Of a stretch of 64,000 nucleotides of DNA, positions 54,686-64,000 are shown one piece after another. This stretch comes from the human T2T-CHM13v2.0 reference genome, Homo sapiens, in assembly GCF_009914755.1 (NCBI RefSeq), contig NC_060929.1, one strand, 5' to 3'. The notes under the pieces are model-generated. The model saw only the letters and a program-made list of their open reading frames with translations, was not told where the DNA came from and searched no databases. Every line of letters begins with the position of its first letter. Position 1 is the first letter of the stretch. The position numbers and the translations under genes are program-made.

Positions 54686-56247
54686 GTAGCCGGTACCTAA
54701 CATGTTAAAGAGAAAGTCTATATAGTCTTACTCAGTATGAGTCACCACTGGACAATATTCAATATTCACCACCTCCTCAATATTCAAATCCTGGATAGCC
54801 TGAGAAAGTCAATGACATGCATTGTGCTGAGATCATGTGGTTCAGGTTAGAACAGTTTTTCTGGGCTTTGACTGAATCTCACAGATCTAAATGTGTTTTT
54901 ATTGCCATGTTTGCTAAATGTCCTTGGTAAAGAGTGGAGACTCCAAGGAACACTGGTCAAGGTATGTCACCTTTTCACTAAAATAAACACAACTTTATTT
55001 CTCAACTAGGAATAGTGTCAACATAACTGAAAAATTCAAATAAATTTTGAATTGCTTGAACTGCCTTTATTATATATTTTATAGATTATCTAACATCAAA
55101 TTATGCTATGATCACTTTTATTCAGTAACTTACTGATTTTGTATGTTTTTATACAGAAATGGATTATCATTCTAGTAGAGCCTGGAGAGTTCAAACTGTC
55201 TGAAAGTTCTACCTAATCTTTTCTACCTAATCAATGCATAAGACACTGGTAACTTCTTAGGCACTCTCTCATAATCTCTGCAATTTCCCTTCTGTATTCT
55301 GAAAGTAAACATCTATTTTTTCAATCTGTTGTAAGCTGCCATATATACAACAAGCTTATTACATCTTACAACCAGACTTCCACTTGTAAATTGCCTCCTC
55401 CTCCTCATATAGAAATTCTGGAGCTGCCACTCATATTTCTTCAGAATCCCAGTGACTCACTGTAGAATCAGCTCTGCCTTTTCTCAATTTCTGGCATCCT
55501 TCAAATATCTTTCAGATGAGAAATGGGGTTGAAATTGGACAACATTTCTTTCTACCATCCCTTGAGGACAAGATTTCAAAATCTTTACCCCCAGGCTTTC
55601 AAAGGCCAGGCCTGTAATGCCAAATACATGTGAGATGTTCTCCATTATGAAGTCCCTTGAATTCTAAATTTAAATCTCAAAAAAATCTAAATCTGAACTT
55701 TTTTTTTCCTGTCTCCCAGAACAGCTGCTTTCTCCTACTGACTTTCTGTGTTTATGAAGATCCCTTGTTTTCCCAGACTTCAAGACTCAAAACTTCAAGA
55801 TCATATTGGACTCCTTTTTTGGTTCTCACCTTCTCCATTTAATCCATCATGAAAGTTTACATCACTCAACCAATTCGAAATCTGTCTGGCTGGGCTCTAA
55901 ACCTACTTCACAGTGTTCATTCTGGCAAGAAGGTGTCATGAGAGTGTCTCTTGATTGACTCAATTGATGAGACCAGAAATAAATACAACATGACATCATG
56001 GTAGGAACAGTTTTCTATCTCTAGCTTAAAATAAATCTAAAACATAATAGGAACTTATTAGGAAGAACAATGGCTTTGTAATTTTCTGTCATTTAAAAAA
56101 TAAAGAAAATTCTCCTTTCACAGGATTATTAAATGCTCATTCCAAAGTTTAAAAAATATTACTTGTATATGACTATATTTTATTTCACTTTATAGTAAGT
56201 TCCTTCTATAGTCCTGAATATATGGGTTGCTAGTTAAAATTAAAGCA

Positions 56248-56528
<281 letters not shown>

Positions 56529-58774
56529 TAAAACTAAAGCAGAGACCATGATTTCCTTTCTATTGTTTTCTAATTCTTCTTTAAATGAGTCACTTTGCAC
56601 TTTTCTTTTCTACAACTGGAAAATCAACAAATACATTTTAAGCTACTGAGGGCCAATAGGTTTCAATTTCCTTATTGGCTAAGATTGACGGTTACTACTT
56701 GGAGTGCTGTGTCAGGAAGAATTGTGAGTCACAACCAGGTCCTGCCAGAAGGAATACTGTGCTCAATTAGTGAGGTCCTCTGTGGGCTTGAGAAGGGAAC
56801 ATGATGGCTCGCATGTCACATGAAGCAAGAATCAAGGCCAATCTGAAAGTAGAACAGAAGAGTTTGACACTTAGATGGCATACTTGAATGCTATGTAATT
56901 AAGGCTTTTGTCACAAAAGTGGCTATTTTGCCATCCTGTCACAATACTGAAATTCTAGGATTAGCAACTTTTAAAGACTTTTTGAAACCTTTCACTAGTA
57001 AAAAAGTTTTTGAAAACTTTCACTATTAAAATACTACCTTTATTGTTCTTATTCTGGGAAAGTGAATGGGTTTAAGTCATTATCAGCAAACAGTTAAGGA
57101 GGAAGTAGTCTATGAGATTGATTTTCAACCTTGAGTGTGGATGAAAGAAATGATCTTTGTAATGAAATATGGGGTGCATTTATTAGAAGGAGAAAGTGAG
57201 AACCAGGAGGATGAAACTGTGAGTAGAAAGAGAACTGAAATTGGAATTGGATGGCAACAACGATGTCTTTGTCTCCTTAAGAAATAGCTTCCCATCTCCT
57301 CTTTGAAAAAAGCTTTAAAAAAAAGTAAAAGAAAAACTAATGAAACTAAACAAAAAATAAAAAGAAAAATAAATCAAACCTTGGTGAGGTTCATCCTTAA
57401 TATTCTCTAAAAAGGCTCCAAATTTTCCTCGTTCTTTATCCCTTACTAGGTCAGCAGCAGCATATCAAAGAAGCACAAACAACTTGCTGAATTCGATTCT
57501 AAGTGGGCATAGCTTTGTGCCTGCTAAAAGGAAATAAGGATTTAGGCCCTTTAGATATAATGGCGACAGCAACAACAGCAATAAATACAATGGCCACCAC
57601 TCCTGAGTGTACCATGTCTTGGTTTTGCTCTGAAATGCATGTACATGCTGGATCTCCTTTAATTCTCATCCAATCCATGATGCATCACTCTAATTATCTC
57701 TGATTTACAGCTGGGCTTCAGTAGTCTGCTTAAAGTCATGCAATGAGCAAATGACAGAGCCAGAATTTAAACCCTAGTCTTTCTTAGGCCAAACCTTATT
57801 TCTACCTTTCTCCCTTGCCTGTGTTCTCTTTCAGTTTCTTACTGAGACCTAGGTAACTATCCATGTCAGCTCTAGGGCTCAGACAAGATGAGTCACACTT
57901 GCAGGAAATATGAGAGAGAAAAAGCTACAACTCTATAGCATGAAAAGTGATTTTCATATTGTTTATACTTAAATGAGACGCTCTGCACTAAAATTCTCTC
58001 GTTTCCACACTTTGTACGGATATATAAATTCTCCCAAAATAGGATCCAGGTGCCATTTATATAGCAACATTAACCCTGAATCTCTCAGTGGGAAAAATCC
58101 TGTAAACTGATGATAATACTCATGTTGGCACAGGATAATATTAGAAAACCAAAGAAAACATTTTCTGGTTTGTGTACCTTGAATAAACAGATGTTTAAAA
58201 TTCTACTTTCCCTACATTTACCAAGCATATAAATGAGAACTAATTAGACTGAAATTCCATGGACCGTGTTCCAACGCCCTAGTTTAGTCATCCAGTATAA
58301 ACACTGTAAATGAATAAAATGCAGTATATTTAACAATTTAGAGTCACGGTTCCTTAAATTCAACTGATACAGTATTACAGTGCACTGAGTAACAAAAAGT
58401 GACTGAAGTTTTGTTATTTTATTTGGAAAAACAATTACCACAGAAAAGTACATAGTATGAAAATATTCATGTGTCCTCATCCCAGAATTAATTAACATTT
58501 TGCCATATATGCTTCTAAAATTGTGTTTAATAAAGACAAAATAAAACATTACAAAGAAAGCTGCAGTATTTTTGTATCCCTTCCAGATGGAATATCCCCT
58601 TCTCTTTCTCTCCCTCTCCAGAGTCAGCATCTCTTTGGAACTTGTTGAATATCCTCCAATTCATGATTTCATATTTTACTAGTTAGGCAGACACAAAATG
58701 TTATAGCATTATTTGTGACTCGAAATTTTATAAAAATGGTCTATTTTATATTTTGCATTCTGTTATTTGCATTG

Positions 58775-60125
58775 TTTTTTTTTTTTTTTTTTTTTTTTGA
58801 GCAAAAAGGCTGTTTATTTCACCTGGGTGCAGGCTGGCTGAGTCTGAAAAGACAGTCAGCGAAGGGAGATGGGGTGGGGCTGTTTTATAGGATTTGGGTA
58901 GGTAAAGGAAAATTACTGTCAAAGGGGGGGTTGTTCTCTGGCGGGCAGGTGTAGGGGTCACAAGGTGCTCAGTAGGGGAGCTTTTGAGCCAGGATGAGAC
59001 AGGAGAAGGAATTTCACAAGATAATGTCATCAGTTAAGGCAGGAACAGGCCATTTTCACTTCTTTTGTGGTGGAATGTCATCAGTTAAGGCAGGAACTGG
59101 CCATCTGGATGTGTACGTGCAGGTCACAGGGGATATGATGGCTTAGCTTGGGCTCAGAGGCCTGACATTCCTGTCTTCTTAAATTAATAAGAAAAATAAA
59201 ATGAAATAGTGGTAAAGTGTTAGGATGGCGAAAATTTTTGGGGGTGGTAGGGAGAGATAATGGGCGATGTTTCTCAGGGCTGCTTCGAGCGGGATTAAGG
59301 GCGGCGTGGGAACCTAGAGTGGGAGAGATTAAGCTGAAGGAAGATTTTGTGGTAAGGGGTGATATTGTGGGGTTGTTAGAAGAAACATTTGTTCTGTAGA
59401 ATTATTGGTGATGGCCTGGATATGGTTTTGTATGAATTGATAGCACCAGGAGATATCAGCTGTGATGGTTTGGAGAAACAGTGTAAACTGGCAGTGTAAA
59501 CAAGAGCAGGGCATTTATGAGTACTTGAGAACGGTGAATAGGAGTATGACTAGACAGAAGACAGTAGGGATGACAAGTTTTTTGGGGTGAGTCTAAGTTG
59601 GTCTGGTGTCTGGGATGAGACTGGGGCTTAATAAAAAGGAGCATCTATACAGGAGCTCAAATGGGCTGTACCTTGTAGCATCCCGAGGACAGGCCTGAAT
59701 TCTGAGAAGGGAAAGTGGTAAAAGTATTGTCCAGTCCTTTTTAATTTGGTGGCTGAGCTTGGTGAGGTGTGTTTTTAAAAGACTTTTAGTCCATTCTACT
59801 TTTCCTGAAGACTGAGGACTGTAAGGGATATAAAGGTTTCGCTAAATACTAACAGCCTGAAAAACTGCTTGGCTGATTTGACTAATAAAGGATGGTCCGT
59901 TTTCAGACTGTATAGAGGTGGGAAGGCGAAACTGAGGAATTATGACTGACAGAAGGGAAGAAATGACTGCGGCGGCCTTTTTAGACCCTGTAGGAAAGGC
60001 CTCCGAAGACAGCTTTAAAGATTGCCCCCATGCTAGCTCTCCCTGACTGATCCCAACCCTTTTCATTACACACAGCCGAAGTGCAGGGCTGTGCAGTCAG
60101 AATTCTTACACAAGAACCGGGACCG
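58775..60125 (-). pseudogene. Processed (L1-retrotransposed) HERV-H copy: poly(A), LTR7 U3-R, 3' internal region and inverted pol segment
   Basis: T24 at 58775-58798; LTR7 without U5; polypurine tract 59168-59180; integrase remnant (IIPQFRLPTSIQSENGPSFISQI); 14-bp TSD at 58760 and 60123. Confidence 0.92.
58799..59167 (-). mobile_element. LTR7-family U3-R (U5 absent)
   Basis: Reverse complement begins tgtcaggcctctgagcccaagctaagcc. Has ttaactgatgacatt repeats, TATA (cctataaaa) and AATAAA at 58813-58818. Confidence 0.95.
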
Positions 60126-60802
60126 CTATTTGCATTTTTTAACTAAATGTGGTATCTGTCCAACTTAATACATATATGTATACCTATTTATGTTAACTGC
60201 TATGTAGTATTCCAGTTTATAACTACATCAGAGTTTATCCAACCATTTATCAAGGACATTTAGTGCTGTCCAGCACTCCCCATTTTTGTTCCTATTACAA
60301 AAGACTTCTTGTGTACATGTACACGTGTGGTTTCTAGGCTATATATCTAGCAGTGAAATTTCTGGGTTGGAGGTGTTTGCATTTTGAACTTTACTAGATA
60401 ATTGCCAAATTGCTCTCCAAAGTGATTGTAGCATTTTATACTCCCACCGGCAGTGTACTAGAGTTCCCATTTCCAATAGACTTAAAAACACTTCAAATTG
60501 TCTGACTTTTGAATTTAGGAGCTCTGATTTTGATTTCTTATTTTGCCAGCTCTTAGATTGCATACATGGTATGCCATAGAAGTGCTTGGCATGCATTTTT
60601 ATTATCATTAATATAGAGCCCACATAAACAGCACTAATACCTTAAAATCACATTTGAAGCAGATATGTATTGGATGTATTTGGTTACAAGACAATATAAT
60701 AGAACAAAACCAGGATTTTTTTTTTTTGGGTAGAGATTTATTGAATTAAGCAACCACTAGGCAATACACACAGACTGGGAAAAGTATAAGGTTTTATATT
60801 AG

Positions 60803-61138
<336 letters not shown>

Positions 61139-61875
61139 CCACTTGTTTTTTATCAGTGTTTGGCACCACACTGACATTGACTGTTTCTCTTTTATTTGTG
61201 CTTAGAAAATCTTTACTTGGTACAGAGGCACAGCAATTGTTTCATCTAATAACCCCTGAGGGATTGTATTAATGTTATAGAATTAATAGTTACTATACAT
61301 AGTCTTGCAAAACTTGTTTATATAAAGCTAAAATGTCAAGCCCAGAGAAAGAAAAAGAGGGTGAAAGGATGAAATAGCAAAAAAAGATGTTATAAAATAG
61401 GCTTCCCCTCTTTAAACTTAGCATTTAAAATATTTTCCATAAAATATTTTCCATTACTTCTGGTTGTGATGATGAAATACATGATAGCATCTCAGCTGTT
61501 AACAGCTGAGTGGCTGATCCATAAAAATATACTTCTGTGGTTTGATATTGATTGTACTTTTCCTTCTCCTTTAGACTTATGAATGGGTCTGCAAGTTCAT
61601 AAAAAGAGAAAGAAACAATGGCATAGCATTTACAGTTGTTACTCAAAAGACAAATGTTACACTTAGAAGCTTAAGAAAGGAAGAAGAAATACCATGATTG
61701 TTTGCTTCCTTACTTTTTCCATTTTGTGGATGTGAGAATGATGGTAGACCAAAAAAACCCAAGAGTTCATGCACAACAGAATTTTAGAGATTCAGGGGCC
61801 ATTGGAGAGCATCCAACTGAAGGCCTTCATTTTATAGTTGGAAAAATTGAGGCATTAAAATAACTTGTCCAGGCA

Positions 61876-62267
<392 letters not shown>

Positions 62268-62895
62268 TCATTACTTTGGCTATTCTTGTTTTCTCCATGG
62301 AAGGCAGAAATCACATCTCTTTTCATGATGAAATATCTTAGCTTGGTTGGCTTCAATTAGCTGATCTTTGGAACAACACACTCAAACCCACCACATCAAT
62401 GTGTCATTACTTTTTTCTCCAAAATAGCATTAATGGTGGAGGAAACTAAGCATGACACCTGGGAGATGTTTTCAATTTTTTCTTGAAAATTCATGTGAAT
62501 TTTGTAATTTTACTCTGATATTTGGTGTTTGTAATCATGATACTGTTCTTATTTTAATTTAAAAACACCAAATCTGTGAGTAAAATTGGTACTCCAGGAA
62601 GATGTATTATGTCTATCCTGTTCTTATATTTAACAAATATTTAATGAGAACTTTTTTTTTCTGCTGAGAACATAGCAGAGGTCACTGCTCCTCTTGGCAT
62701 TGACAGTATAACCACACAACACATATAACACATAATTACAAATAATTATACAGAGAAGTGAAAGGTGTTACGGTGTGTCCAGAAGGGAGAACTAAACCGG
62801 CTCAAAGGATTAGGAAAAGTGATGTTTAAACAAAAAATTGAGTAGGAGGTATGTTTGACTACTGCCTGGCTTACATTTATTAAAGAAAGAGAACC

Positions 62896-63324
<429 letters not shown>

Positions 63325-64000
63325 TTAGTTATTTGTTGTTCTATATTTTTGGTATTTTTTCCTCCTCATTAGCATATTGGTTGCTTATGTGTGAGCTTCT
63401 CAATCCTGGTATTTGCAAATGTTGAGGGTAATACTGTATTCTAAGAAAGGCACAGAAATAACCTGGAAGAAAGAATGTCAGGAATGCCCTTGAAAAAAAG
63501 AACTTAATTTCCTAAGCAACAAACAAACTCTTGAAATAGTGACCTCTGGTTCTAATTCCTTAAGGCTCTTTAAAATCTATACTTTGCCCACCTTTTTCCT
63601 TCTCTGCAAAATAGGAATGGCACAATGGAGTTGACTAACAATTAATTTTCTTAGTTACAAATTTTGCTGGGATCTTTAGCCCTGTTCTATTTAGTTAAAG
63701 AAACCAAGTTGTTGACTAATGGTGAAGATTGTTTGCTAAAGGCCCTAGATATTATCTTAAGAAAATGAGTTAAGAATAATGAATAAACATAGATGACAAT
63801 TAGTGGATTCTGTGTTAGGTCCTCACATGGAACCAGATGGTCTAGTGATGCATGTAAATAGATAATTTATTTCATTTGTAGATCTGAAAGTTAAATAAAG
63901 AATTAGATGTTTGTTATTAAAGTGCATTTGCCAATGTGCTCTAATTTAATACATTGCTAAAATAAATGCAGGGTGAAGTTAAGGGGACTAATTATTTTTG

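Larger units (their letters stand above)
58410..60520 (-). mobile_element. Old L1M (L1ME-like), split by the HERV-H retrocopy
   Basis: L1M 3'UTR-like sequence on both sides. ORF 60339..60623 contains GTLVHCRWEYKMLQSLW..IWQ..PEISLLDI (ORF2p C-terminus). Confidence 0.7.

Noticed and set aside
56979-57030. 28-bp tandem duplication (similar small ones near 642, 35434 and 55207)
   Set aside because: Ordinary slippage-type micro-duplications.
58799-59167. Assigning the LTR7 to the pluripotency-active LTR7up subtype
   Set aside because: The subtype cannot be called reliably without alignment to subfamily consensuses.

Overview
Primate (very likely human) genomic DNA that is AT-rich, CpG-depleted and intronic or intergenic. 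I find no protein-coding gene, RNA gene, CRISPR array or prokaryotic system. The recognisable ORFs in the track are transposon remnants (L1 ORF2, L2 RT, Tigger4 transposase, HERV-H integrase, Alu frames) and the rest look like chance frames. The window is a mosaic of interspersed repeats: Alus, L1PA/L1M, L2, L3/CR1, many MIRs, ERV1/ERVL/MaLR solo LTRs, and hAT and Tigger DNA transposons. The most notable structures are: (1) an L1-mobilised, polyadenylated HERV-H/LTR7 retrocopy with a target-site duplication (TSD) and an inverted 5' pol segment (58760-60136); (2) a 59-bp near-perfect inverted repeat of apparently unique DNA flanking 517 bp (6126-6760); (3) a ~310-bp local duplication inserted into a MER5 (27862-30164); (4) an AluY truncated exactly where its target site is complementary to the Alu RNA; (5) a dense cluster of AP-1 sites. 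I see no evidence of a new multi-gene system. Subfamily names come from recalled consensus sequences and need Dfam/RepeatMasker confirmation. Boundaries of old repeats are approximate.
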